This document shows positions 25,571-38,313 of a stretch of DNA of 64,000 nucleotides, one piece after another. This DNA comes from the human T2T-CHM13v2.0 reference genome, Homo sapiens. How positions within the stretch are numbered: the stretch's first letter is position 1; every line of letters begins with the position of its first letter. Where the stretch lies: assembly GCF_009914755.1 (NCBI RefSeq), contig NC_060939.1; one strand, 5' to 3'. The notes below the pieces were generated by a model that searched no databases, was not told the origin of the DNA, and saw nothing but the letters and a program-made list of their open reading frames with translations. The translations under genes and the position numbers were made by a program.

Positions 25571-28345
25571 TGACTAAAGGAGGGCTGAACTCTGTATTAG
25601 TAATCCAAGGGTCATTTTTTTCTTAAAAAAAGAAAAAAAGGTTCCAAAAAAAACCAAAACTCAGTACACACACACAGGCACAGATGCACACACACGCAGA
25701 CAGACACACCGACTTTGTCCTTTTTCTCAGCATCAGAGCCAGACAGGATTCAGAATAAGGAGAGAATGACATCGTGCGGCAGGGTCCTGGAGGCCACTTG
25801 CGCGGCTGGGCCACAGAGTCTACTTTGAAGGCACCTCATGGTTTTCAGGATGCTGACAGCTGCAAGCAACAGGCACTGCCAAATTCAGGGAACAGTGGTG
25901 GCCAGCTTGGAGGATGGACATTTCTGGATACACATACACATACAAAACAGAAAACATTTTTTAAAAGAAGTTTCCTAAAATAAAAAAAATAAAAAAAAAA
26001 AAACCCACAAGTTGAAAACATTGCCAGATTAAGCACTAGTGACACACCCCGTGCCACCCTCTTCCTCCAGGTGGGGGTGGGGGCGGGCGCACAAGTCGGA
26101 GGGGTGGAAGCACCACTCCTCTCTCTGACTTTCGCAATATGGGTCACTGTGTAGACGACTCACCCAGTCTGCATGTGGTTCAAGGCCCCAGAGTTCTCTC
26201 AGTGATGCTAATGGGTGATCCGTGCTGGAGTTTGTAATTGGCACCTCTCACCAGCTCCATTTCCATGTTCAAGACTGAGGGCCTGAGGGGGAGCCAGGTG
26301 GGGGGCCAGCACCTCCCAGTGGCGGGCATCCACCTTCCCCCAGCCCCACAGAGTGACCTCAGGAAGCAGTAGGCCTCGCCTGGCTATGACTGACCCGGCT
26401 CAGAGCTGGTGAGACCCAACGCAGTCCAAGTCATTTGCTTACATTTGCCAAAAACATTTTGCCATTTTTAAAAGAAAAAAATACAATCCATATGAATTTC
26501 AAACTGTTGTATGTATAATCCTCTAATACTATTTTTAACTACTTCTAAAATCTGTGTTAACCCTTCAAGTCACTAACACAGTTCTCTAGGCCGGATTTAT
26601 TATGCTGGTTGCTTTTACTTTTTTTCTCCTTTTTTAATGCACCAAAAATATGTGATACAAGGGATGCAATTAACCTATTGTAATTTTCATCATTTTATCC
26701 TCATTCGAATATTCTACAAAAACAAGAATATACAATGTGTTACAAGAAGAAAAAAAAATGCTTCAAAAAGAGAGTGTATATGCAGCCTGCCTTTAAAAGA
26801 ATCACATTTGAGACAACAGGGGATAATGTGATGAATTGCAAATTTGCCTTTTAGCTTCCTTCCCCATGATTCAGTGATCACTGTCACGGGAAACCCTTTT
26901 ATATTCATGCTTGACATTCCAAGAGGCGTTCTTTTCAGCCTGTGGAGGAGACACTCTTAGATGTGGGTTTGTGTGTATGGGTGCAACACTTCCGGGGATA
27001 GGAAAGAAGAACAGTTCCCTAACACAAGCTGTTAAGAAGTCTGTAGCATCTCTGATAACGAATAGACCCACAAGCTCCTGGAAGCTGTCGTGTGTCCAAT
27101 GCGTGAAAATGTCTGTGACATTTTCAGTGTTAGTCTTGAACTAAGGCCCTTGTCTGTGTGTTTTGAAGGTGGGTGAACCTCAGAGAATGAACCTGTTATG
27201 ATTTGGGGTAAGAATCACGTTGGAAAACCTCTCGCAACCAGCACACTAGGCCTTCTACGGCCATTTCTGTAAGGGGACAGAGCTTAGGTAAAGGCACACA
27301 CTCATACACACACAACAAAGGGCCCTGCTAACTTACTCCTCATGCTGCTTCAGTGACCTTTGTTCATGTCACATTCCTGGCGCTGGAAAAAAAACTCAAA
27401 GGTTGATTGGTTTGCTTTTTCACCTTGGACACATTTGCATTTTACCCACAAGGCAAACAAAAGAATCAGGAAGTAAAAAATGGTTGGGAGTGGGACAGGT
27501 ATGGTACCGAATTTTTAATGAACATTGTAAATGAAGAGGCTTGAATGACAGCCCAAATCTAGAGAAGGCACTCAGCAAGACCAACCAAAAGAAAAGCTGT
27601 GTCGTGGTATGGGGCCACCGTGATCAGCTACCTGGGGCAGGATGCTTCTGAGACAGGCCTTTCAACTGCTTAGTGTTAGTATGTCCTTGCTTATGAAAAT
27701 GGGGACACTCATCAGTACGTTAACTACTAAAGGGGAGATGGTTCTCCAACCACTTCATAAAATATGTATGTTCTGTTGTTCCTAAGGCTTTGATAATATC
27801 CTGTACAGATTTTGGTTTAGTTTTGCAAATATATTGCTAATAGGTCACTCTTATAGATTATTGCTTGGCCCTTCAAACTCAGTACACACACACTGAGGCC
27901 CTTTGACCTAGTGTTTTATGGAACTATTTGCTTTGAGAGAAAAAAAAAAGAAAGTTTTTTAAACTCTTTGCATTTTGGATTTTTTTTCCTAAGATTTTAG
28001 GATGAATGTGAAAAAGATGTTAGAATAACAGGAAGACAACTCCAGGGCTGAGTTTTATCAGCAATTGGGTATAAATTTAAAGACCGCTGTTGCAGGATGG
28101 CTCTGAATTCTGTTGTGTCGTCTTTTAAAATTTTAATTATTCTCATATAGTACCGAACAGAAAACTCAGTCTAGTTTTAATTTGCCTTTTGTGCTCTAAA
28201 GAAGCATTGTACATACAACACTAGATCCAGCCCCTCGATTATCTGTTTGGTTTCAAGTGAATGAAAAGATTTCCTGGTAAGATCATTGGATTTACAGAAT
28301 ACAAAAATGTACGGGATGGAATAAACCTAGAAAGTGAATGCTAGA
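25571..28345 (+). other. SLCO3A1: 3'UTR of the SLCO3A1 long isoform
   Basis: No recognisable interspersed repeat; AU-rich stretch after the stop, ending at AATAAA 28320-28325 with upstream TGTA motifs and a downstream U-rich element. End approximate. Confidence 0.75.
28320..28325 (+). terminator. SLCO3A1: Polyadenylation signal (long isoform)
   Basis: AATAAA, with TGTA at 28208 and 28308 and downstream gttctctctcttctg. Confidence 0.75.
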
Positions 28346-28473
28346 GTTCTCTCTCTTCTGCTACAAACTCCTACACCATCTCAGCTGAACATGCCCAGGG
28401 TGGATGAAAAGTCTCTCTCTGCTGAAATTGACAGATCTTTGTAACTCCTACGTAGAGACAAAGAAGGTTTGGG

Positions 28474-28510
28474 TTTTGTTTTGTTTTTTGTTTTGTTTTG
28501 TTTTGTTTTT
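28474..28510. repeat. (TTTTG)n microsatellite
   Basis: ttttgttttgttttttgttttgttttgttttgttttt. Confidence 0.9.
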
Positions 28511-30784
28511 CTACCAATATCATTCCCTCCTATGAAGTAAGCACATTTTGCAAAAATGCCTCTCTAGGGGACAGGGTTTGCTGTCTTCTCTCAGCTGAGG
28601 CTGTGTGCTCTCAGGGAACGCTGGCTCTGAGGCACCCTGGGGGACAGGGCTCCAGAAGGCCACAGCATGGCATGCGGGCTTTCCTCACAGCTAGCGAAGG
28701 AGTGGAAGCAGCCTCCTCTCACGGTCCCCCCGAGGAGCTTGCTAGGAACACTTAACAGGCAAAATAATAACTGGAAAGCCAGGAGCTCCTAAGGAATCAT
28801 TTGACAGGGTTGCTAACGTCTTCCTAGCAGGAGGGAGCGTGCCCCTCCATAAAAATCACTTCCTTCTCACCATCTGATCATGGAATAACTCGCTCTAGTG
28901 CTGACTTTTAAAGATTGGTTGAGTGTCATCTGTACATTCCAGTCCCCCGATTCCACTGCCCTGTGTCCAGTAATTGCCCTCCAGCTTCCCCTCACTCACA
29001 CTATGGCAGGGCTTCCCAGCCCTTACAGTCAAAAAGCCTGCAGAAACGTTCCACACAAGGGCAACCAGCTGGTCCCTGGGATGGTAGTCACACCACTCTT
29101 GAGGAATTTTCCCAGGAAAAAGATTCTCCTGTGGTTGCTAATGGATATTCTTTCACACCTTCCAGAGGAGGTCATTCACTGAGGAACATTTAAAATGGAG
29201 ATAGATACATGTACTAAAATAGAAAAACCTCCAAGGAAAAGTAGTTTCTGGGTCCCCGTGTGCCTGCTGGGCTGGTTTTCTTGCCGCCTGCTGCTTCCGG
29301 TCCTAGGAAGTCTGGTTTCTTCTCCACCCAGCCATGCCTGCCAGACCTGTGCAGTCTGCTCTAAGCCCTGCTAGGAACTCCAAAGGCCCTACTCAGCAGT
29401 GGCAAGCTATGAAGGTCAGTGCATAGAGGTCAATGCATCTGATCATACAGTCAAGACCAGAAAAACAGGATGAGCTTCTGTTGCAGTTGGACGGAGTTAC
29501 GCTATATTTTATTGTTGCTTGAATATTTTATTTGATTTGGTTTAGATGAGGGAAGAAACCATGCAGTTTTTTCAGTCTAACAGATGGAGAATACTTCCCG
29601 CTGCCTGGTGCTATTCTTACCTGACTATCTTGATGGCTTGGGAGAACCACATATCTGGCCAGAAGCCAGAGGAAAGTACCAGACACATGGCAGGGGCCTG
29701 CTGGCTCCACTGGGCTCACGCCATTCTCCTCTGATTGACCTCCTCTCAACCATGATCCATGTTTCCTTTTAGGGACCGTTCCCCCTTAGGTTAGAATCCA
29801 CTTCAAATATCTAAGAGGTGCCAACTTTTCCAAGAGAGGGTGCTAGTGAAATTAAATTTGGCCTGGAAAATTAGTTCAAGACCCAAATATAGTATTTATC
29901 CATTTTCTAACCTTCCTTCCTTTTTTATTACACCTGCTCCGCCCGACTTATTCCAAACTGCTACTCTCCCAACAGCCGCAAGAACGTAATCCCTTACAGT
30001 AAACCACCCTAAGTGACAGACTTTGGACCCCACGCCCCTAGTGTACTGTCATTGCTCAAGAGTAAATTGGAATACTCTCTCACTGGTGGAAGATGCAAGG
30101 CAGATTTTTGTTCAAATGCCTCTTATGGGGCCTGTTGCCTAGAACAGCATGTGGAATCCACCCTGAATGCATGCAGCCACCCACGCCTGCCTCATCAGTA
30201 GCTTCAGCAACCCAGAATGCTTGGTCGTCATGGCAGGGACAACATGGGTTATCAAACCTAAAATGGAAAATTTTGGAAAGCAAAGATGGCCCTGTTCCTT
30301 AGAAACCTGTGACTGCCATGGAGACAGGGACAACTCACACTTCTCAGAGACTATCCACATTAGCATTTTTCTTTGCAGAGTTTATTTGGGCGTGCATTGC
30401 ATGAGTTTGATATATTCAAAACATGTATTTTTTCATTCCTTTACTTAAAATTTTGGCTATATGCCAAGCCCTAGATCAGATGCAAAAGTGGAAAAGTTTT
30501 GGTCCCTACCCTCCAAGAACCCCCATTTCAATGAGCTGGACAGATCTGAACACAAACAAAACCAATGGGATAATAGTATTAAGAGCTAGGGTCTGTCTGG
30601 GGATAAGGAGAGCCAATTCATGATGGTGGTGAGTTCTGCCTCATGGCAGCAAGAATCAGGAAGGCTCTGGAGAGTGGGTGGCCTAGAAACTAAGAACTAA
30701 AGAGCAGTGGGTGACTTTTGGGGAAGCAGGGTGAGAAGATGAGGGCAGAATTGCCCCCAGAGAGAGCGCCACCAAAACATTCAC

Positions 30785-30985
30785 AAGTTTTTTCTCTAAT
30801 GGGCCAAGTAGTAAACATTTTAGACTTTGTGGGCCTGCAGTCTGTGTTGCAACTTCTCAACTGATGTAGTACTGTGAGATCAGCCATAGACAACAGGTGA
30901 ACCAATGGGCTATGTTCCAATAAAGCTTTATTTACAAAGACCGTCGGTGACTGAGGGAAGGCCATCGTGTGCTGATCTCTGTTCT
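30785..30985 (+). mobile_element. MER58A (hAT-Charlie)
   Basis: gggccaagtagtaaacattttagactttgtgggcc...cagccatagacaa...tgttccaataaagctttatttacaaa. Confidence 0.8.
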
Positions 30986-31499
30986 CTTGCACAGGCAAGG
31001 TCTCAAGCAGCACTGCATGTTTGGGGGACCCTAGCGGCTGAGCATAGGTGAGGCAGATCCCAGCACCTAAGACTGCTGTAGCATGGGCCAGGGCATACAT
31101 AGGAAGGGACCCTGAGCTAGGTGTCTATCAGCCTTAACACTCCTGACCATGAGACTCTTAATTCAGATATCTCATTTCCAAGAATAAAGTAAGTACCCCT
31201 TTGCTCTCATGGTTAAAATTGAAGGCAACATTATTTTTCTCTTGTGTGACGTGGCGGATTTGAACTGTATAGTCTACATTCCCATATAGCTGTGACACTG
31301 TAGCTCGACTAGAGTTACCATCCTTTTTCTCTTAAATGATGGAAATGGGCACATGAGGGAGAAATGTTCAAACTAGAAAAAGAAGAGTGATTCCAGATAC
31401 CAAAGAGTATTTTCCAATCCTTTTCCTCCCCACAACCAACACAAAACACTGGCACCCTAAAGTTAACAGATATGCCAGGTAAAATACTTGGTAAGCACT

Positions 31500-31720
31500 A
31501 ATAATAGTAGCTAACATTTCTCAAGCACTGACTATGAACCAGCTGCTGGCTGAGCTTATTTCATGTATTAGCTCATGTAATCTCAACCATAACCCTGTGA
31601 GGTAGGAGCTGTTATTGGCTTCATTTTACAGGGGAAGAAAATGAGACTCGGAAGGTCCAGAATTGGCTCAAATTCACAAAGCAGAGTTGGGATTCAAACC
31701 CAGGTCTGTGAAAAAGCTTT
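31500..31720 (-). mobile_element. MIR
   Basis: aataatagtagctaacatt...aaccctgtgaggtagg...cattttacaggggaagaaaatgagactc...gggattcaaacccagg. Confidence 0.8.
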
Positions 31721-34214
31721 TAGGTCTTTAAAAGCTCTCCTTATTCCCAGACAGACCCATAACCACTATGGGTACTACCTCCCTACCAGGTAAGACACGA
31801 GGGACCTCCCTCCCCACCTTTAGACACTGATCAAGAAGACCCTGGCCCGAGTGGACTGTGGGGCCCCACATGCTCCCACGTGCCTCCTGATGTAACAACC
31901 AGGACACCATGGCAGCTGGGCTCTGGGGCTGTGTGTCCTTCTAACCCCTGATCCCAGTGGTCCATTGATGTGAAGTATTTTACCTGAAACAGACAGATAA
32001 GAGGAATCAGATAGGAGACTCCTAGTGCATTCCGAAATGCACTATCAAAGCACCAAGATGCCAGGGAGGCACTCCACAGTGCTGGTCATCGGCTCCCCCG
32101 GAAAGACCCCAGATACCTGCCATGCCTGGCACCCCTGTAGTCTACAGCATCAACCACAGGAGATCAGCTCTGACCCCAGGGCTTCAAACACACCGAAGCT
32201 GGTCCCTAATTGGATATACTTCCTCTCCAGAGGAGACCAGGGGCACTTGTCATATTGAGTTCAAGTCCCTGGTCAAACTCATGCACTGGCCACCCTAGCT
32301 TGCTGTTCTGTCTTCTGTTCTCAGATTCCAGGCTTTTAGGAACAGAATATCCAGACATTTCCATTTTTGTAATAGTGACTCAGGTCAACAATCAGGAGTT
32401 GGTGATTATCATAAATTTTGAATTTTTGTCCCGTAAGATACAATTGATTACGTTCTTTTGCTATGAGCAAATGAACAACATAGTAAGTTTTCTGGAAGTT
32501 TAACTTTCTGTAGGTGGACACTTACCATCCCATTCATGTTTTTCTTAACGTTAACCTTATAGAAGATTCTCACACTAACCTTATAGAAGATTGCTCTCAT
32601 GGAGACATGTTTGGCAAGACCATTTGATTTTATAATCTAAGGCCATAAAATGAATTGGAAGCATAGAATTTACAAAATGTTCTACAGAAGGATCCCAACT
32701 GAACACAGATGGTGCTCCCATCCAGCACTGTAAGGGAGGGAAGGGGCCAGGAAGCTCATGTTTTTATTAAGCACCTGCTACCCACGTGCCGGGTTCTGTG
32801 AATTCATGATCCCAGGTACTGCTCCCAGCAGCCTTCTCACACCAGCCCTACGAGGTAAGTATATATTCTTTTCCACTTCACAGGTCTGAAAACTAAAGCT
32901 CAGCAAATCCAACCTTTCTAAGATCACATAGCTAGTTTATAAAGCCACCAGGAGCCAGTGACAGATCTGACTCCTAAACCAGTGCTCTTTCCACTACAAC
33001 ACAAAGCCCCCGAAGTTAGAACACGGAACTAGCTTCTTATGAAGCCTCTGCAAAGCCAACAGAGCGTCTACCTGTGGGAAACCCCTAGCAGGAGTCTATT
33101 GTTTCATAGAGAAGTGAGCCAGGAGTTGGAGGTGAGAATCTCTGCAAAGTTTTGCCTATGGGCACAGGAATCTAGGTTTCACTTTAATAATTAAATGTTG
33201 GAAACCTTTCAAAACACTCCTCCTTCCTACTTCAACCTTAGCCACATCAGCAGGAACTTCCCAGCCATTCATCAGCCTTTATCTTATTCATTCTGCTGAG
33301 CAGGGATGAACCCCAGCTCTCTCACTTCGGTCCCACCCTTCCCAACTCCCCACGCCCAAGTCTTTCAGTGGAACCCAAGACTGTAAGAACGTAGGCCTTG
33401 TGAGAGTGAAGGAAGGATGCTCGAACTTGCCCAGGACTCAGGCTTCAGCTTCACAATCCCGAGGAAAGGAATGACATTTCCAAACTGTCACCTTTGTAGC
33501 GCTGGGTCAAAGTCTAAAGAGGACAAATAAATAGAGACTTCTGTGGCCTCGTTGTGCCTATTGAACAGGAGAGCTGCATGTCACAATCAATGAGACCTGC
33601 ACAGCTTGTGAATCATCACTGAGACTAGTTGTGTTTTTAATACCTTTAAAATGAAGCCACAGCATCTATTCTGGAAATGTGGCGTAGGCTTAAAAACCTT
33701 GCTCCAAAGAGGATATCGTTTCAGCCAGCATGCAGTGAATATCTGTGGCTACACAAAAAAACAAACTGTCCCGAATGCTGGAGGAGGAAATATGACATTG
33801 TGATGCCAGGCAGTTTTCTGTGACACTCAGGAATCTCTTCAATAGAGATGTACAGTGACACTTAGAGCCCCAGAACACAAGGTCTGTCACTAGTAATTTA
33901 CATAAGATAAGGATAAATTATTGACTGGGATACATCTTACTCATCCCCGACATCTGCTTGGCTGTGGGGTTGGTCATGTAGATAAATATCCTTCCCAGAA
34001 AGGATATTTGGCCTTCAAAAAAGTCTCTGGGCTCAGAGTCTGGTCCCTTGGGGTTACATGGAATGAAACCCAGCACTTTATTGCTTTGACTGCCTACTCT
34101 TGTCCCTTCACTGCAAAGCCATCATGCTATTAAATAAGCCTAACAAACAGTAGGTGAAGCAGAAAAGACCGATCTCTTTTTCCTCTTGGCTCTTCTTCCC
34201 TCCTCCCCCTTTAG

Positions 34215-34297
34215 GCACAGAGTACCAAGACATTGAGACTGAGAAAACCTGCCCCGAATCACATTCACCTTCAGAAGACTCCTTTGTGAGAAGCTGA
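34215..34297 (+). CDS. SLCO3A1: SLCO3A1 alternative terminal coding exon (short isoform OATP3A1_v2)
   Basis: About 40-nt polypyrimidine tract, then tttag|GC. Translates to (S)TEYQDIETEKTCPESHSPSEDSFVRS*. The tail is 27 aa versus 45 aa, 18 aa shorter, matching the recalled 710/692-aa isoform pair. Confidence 0.9.
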
Positions 34298-34846
34298 GGG
34301 CCTGGCCCTCTTCCTCTTCCTGGAGAGAACAGCCCACCACCACCCACAGACCTCGCGGGCCTCACTTAGCGCGCTCCTCCCTGTCCGAGAACCCGAGGGT
34401 CCCCATGTGGATTATCCAGCCAGTGTGTGGTCCTTTGAGGCCCCAAGCGCAGGCCTGTGATGAGGACCAAAGAGGTGACTTATGGTCAGGAGTACTCCAA
34501 ACAGCTCTCAGAGTAGGCATCTTTCCTGGGTCTCTAAAGAGTCATGCTGACCTGGTGTGCAAATTCCCTTCCACCCATCCCTCTACCTCCTCTGGGGATG
34601 GCTTGCCGACATGCTTTAGAAACTCCCCTCTTGGGAATGCTCCTCTGACTGAGGGCTCCAACAGCTTTAATGAAATCAGCCGAGAGGGTAAAAACCAACC
34701 TGTTGCATAGAATGGAGGGGGGAAAAAGCACATACTCAATAGATTTTTGAGTGTGGTACTCTGTATTTTTGCAGCATTTATTTTCCAAATGAGCAGTTTA
34801 GAAATATGTGATGTAAAGTACATACTGTACGTTTGCTGAAAATTAT

Positions 34847-34852
34847 ATTAAA
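34847..34852 (+). terminator. SLCO3A1: Polyadenylation signal (short isoform); 3'UTR about 34298-34870
   Basis: ATTAAA preceded by several TGTA elements (34762, 34812, 34826) and followed by U/GU-rich sequence. Confidence 0.7.
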
Positions 34853-37800
34853 AGCACTATTTTAATTCTTCCTCTGTCTCATGCTCTAATCTCTGTTATC
34901 TTTCTTGTGCCTTCAGGTAGAATGATTCTAAAAGATTCTGGAGAGTGTTTCTGGCTATGTGCGTTCTATATTTATGGGCTTTGAGGTTATGGACTTAAGA
35001 GAGTATGAGCTTTAGAGCCAAGAGAGACCTGAACTCAAATCCCTACCCCACTGTTGGTGTGATGTTAATGTAGTGATCTGACTCCTCTTAGCCCCCGTTT
35101 TACCATTTGTAAAATGAGAATATTAATGCCTACTTTATGCAACTATGGTACGACTTAAATTAGATCATGTGTAAAGGTACCAAGTGCAACATACAGCACA
35201 GAAATTGTCATTGTTCATTACTACCCCAACCTCTGGCTGGAATCTAAATGCTCCATACCATGCAGCTTCTACTGGTAACATTTAGTGGTCCTATCCTCTC
35301 ACTGTCTGGTTTTCATTTCTGATTCTCCCACTGCCTGTAAAGCCTAGGAGACAGGCAATTGGCTTCATCTCACAAAAGCCCCAGTGCATGTATAGTGTAT
35401 AGTGCCCAGGTACAGTGCATGTTCTTCCGTGGGTGATCAATATGCAAATGAATGAATGATGAACAAACAGCCTCAGACCCAGTCCCATTCCCTCAGTGGA
35501 AACTACAGCATTTGCCTCCCTTTCTGTAGGTCCACAAGCTACCCAGTGGCTAGAGCTCTAGTGGCTTTCCCATACCTTGCTAGGTCTCTTCGTAATTGGC
35601 TGGCCTCACCTCTGTATCTTTATTAATTCACTGGCTGGACTCCAACCTCATATGAGCAGATAGGTTGGGTTGACACCTGCCACTGACTTGCAGAATGGAA
35701 TCCCCACTGCATTACTCCACTGGCCAGACTGGAGCTCAGGCATGGATGCTTGCCAGAATTCTATCTGTGCTTTGTCTTTTGGGCAAAGCACTTAGAATCC
35801 ACTTGTCTTATGGGGCTAGCCCCATAACTGACCACTTTTCTTCATAGTCCTCTCCATCCTGAATCTTGTCCTCTGTAGCCCATCATCCACTGCAGCTGAG
35901 TTCACCCCAAATCAAAGCTTGTCAAATCTATTATTACCTGAAGACTGCATCCACCTCAGCCTTGAGTTGTCTTTTCACTCTGAGGTTTTAGGGGGTCAGG
36001 AAACAATGTGCTTGACTTTCTTCAAGGTCCAATTATAGGCCATTGGTGCCTTGGAGGATCCTTTTTCAGCCTGGCTGTGTTATGTGATTGTTTATTTTTT
36101 GCAAAGCAACATGATTTATTCTCTCCAGTATAAAAATCCCAAGAAAATGCAATTTCAACATTCTCTGTCCTGATGTTAAAAGATGCTGAAGCAGCTGTAA
36201 AAGTTGTTAGCGGTTCCTCCTGGGCTTCACCTGCACCAGAAATTGAGATGGAGGCAGAAGGGAAAGGAGTAAGGAAAGGCTAGTGCTTAAGGTATCCGTG
36301 TGTTCAGTCCCACATTTTACATCTGTTTTTATCTATAGTCCAGTTTATTTTCCCTGGCTACCATTCCCCCATACAGGTGGTCAACTTAAAGAAAACTTAT
36401 TCTCTCCATTTTATCTCAGCCTTGCAAAGACATATTCTTATAGTCAAGAGATTCATCTTTCAATACTTAAGTGAATTCATGAGAAATCTGTCCATAAAAG
36501 CTGTCCAACTATTAATAACTCAGAGAGAATACACGGCTTCATCAGACCCCAAAATGCCCCCTCTTCCCAATGTCCTCTCAGTTGCCATGGGCCACCAGGG
36601 CCTTGAACTACATACACAACTAGCTCATCTTCCACGCTTGAAAGTCCAACTCGACCTCTTTCCCAGTCTTCAGGAAAGGGTTAGCCATGCACTCAAGCAT
36701 TTGGCTCAACCAAAACAACAGCAGGCTGTTTCTGTGGCCCCATAACATGGATTCAGAATCACTCATACATCCCCTTTACAAAGAGCTTTCTGTCTTCTTT
36801 TTAGGCTTTGTTACTTAACGAGCTACTGTTATGGAACAGCTTCCATAACTCTTGAGACAAGTGTCTACACTTAATGCACAAGGCAGACTCACTTGCTTTC
36901 CTGGAAGCCTTTAAAAAGTCTCTTAACCTTCTTGAGTTATAGCATTTCCAGTTATAAAATACATGAACATGTATTTATGGGATCCCCAAAGGAGGGCACT
37001 TCAGATCTTCCAGAATCCTGCTCCTCTGTTGCTCATAAAATTAAGGGGTGAAGTAAAGAAGACAGAACAGCAAGCTAGGGTGGCCAGTGTATGAGTTTGA
37101 CCAGGGACTTCAACTCAATATGACAGGTGCCCCTGGTCTCCTTCAGAGATGAAGTATTATCCTGTGAGGCCTCTCTACATCACACATCACTGAGGTCTTG
37201 ACCACAGGACACAGATGCAACTGAAACATGCTGCCAATGAGAAAGAAGTGGAAGACCTCTGTCCCCAGACTCTACACCCCTCAGCTTGGCAGCTGGCTCC
37301 TTTCTTCATTCAGAAGCTTACCTTGCCCTCTATCTTATGCTTCCATTTCTGTGGACAATCATTCTGTATTGAGGCAACTATATTTTCATAGTAAAAATTA
37401 GTGCTTGATATAAGTTTAAAAAAAAAACAGCCCAAAGAAAATGACAATTCTTTTCCATTGTTTCTAAAATCATCATTTTCTAGCCCTTCAAGTTTTGTGC
37501 AAATGACTAGACATGACAATGCAATACTACAAAAGGAGATGTTCCTTTTCAGCAGGATGTTGGAAATAAGATTTTATTTCCAGTTCATCTGTGCCTGAGA
37601 ATGTGACTCTTGAAGGGTCACATTACTGCCAATTATTTTCTCAGGTGGTGTCAGTGGATTGGTCCTGACAAAGTCACTGAGGCAGCTACTGGGGAGGAGA
37701 ATGCAGAGTGAAGACCCGTGCTGGGTGAGGAGGGAGCTGAATGCACATGAGGAGGCCTCACTGCGACCTGGTCTTACCCTCCACTTCCTGCATCCCATGC

Positions 37801-37984
37801 TCCCTGGGAAGATAGACCCTGAGGAAGATGGTTAGTTTCATTCCATATTTCAAATGGATAGATGTCAGATTAAAGCAAGGCCGTGACTTTTAGCAAGTGA
37901 GTATGGACAGGACTCCATGAAGTCCTCTGCACACAGTGGCCACTTCATAACTGGGGGCCATAGGAGAGCAAGATGACTTAGGGG

Positions 37985-38313
37985 AGGGGTCCTCAACACT
38001 CCCGGCCACAGACTGGTACCCGTTGGTGGCCTTTTAAGAACCAGGCCACACAGGAGGAGATGAGTGGCAGGCAAGCGAGCATTACCGCCTCAGCGCTGTC
38101 TCCTGTGAGATCAGCGGTGGCAGCATTAGAGTCTCATAGGAGCATGGACCCTGTTGTGAACCGTATATGCGAGGGATCTAGGTTGCATTCCTTTTGAGAC
38201 TCTAATGCCTGAGAATAGTTTTATCATGAAACCATCTCTACACCTCCCACCCCCACTCTCTCCATCCATGGAAAAATTGTCTTCCATGAAACCAGAAAGG
38301 TTAGGGACTGCTG
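37985..38313 (+). mobile_element. MER1B (hAT-Charlie)
   Basis: aggggtcc..aac...gcattagagtctcataggagc...gagggatctaggttgc...ggaaaaattgtcttccatgaaacc...aaggttagggactgctg. Confidence 0.85.

Noticed and set aside
25977-26003. Proximal polyA site (two AATAAA)
   Set aside because: The hexamers sit inside a genomic A-run with no clear GU-rich downstream element. 3'-end reads here would be indistinguishable from oligo-dT internal priming.
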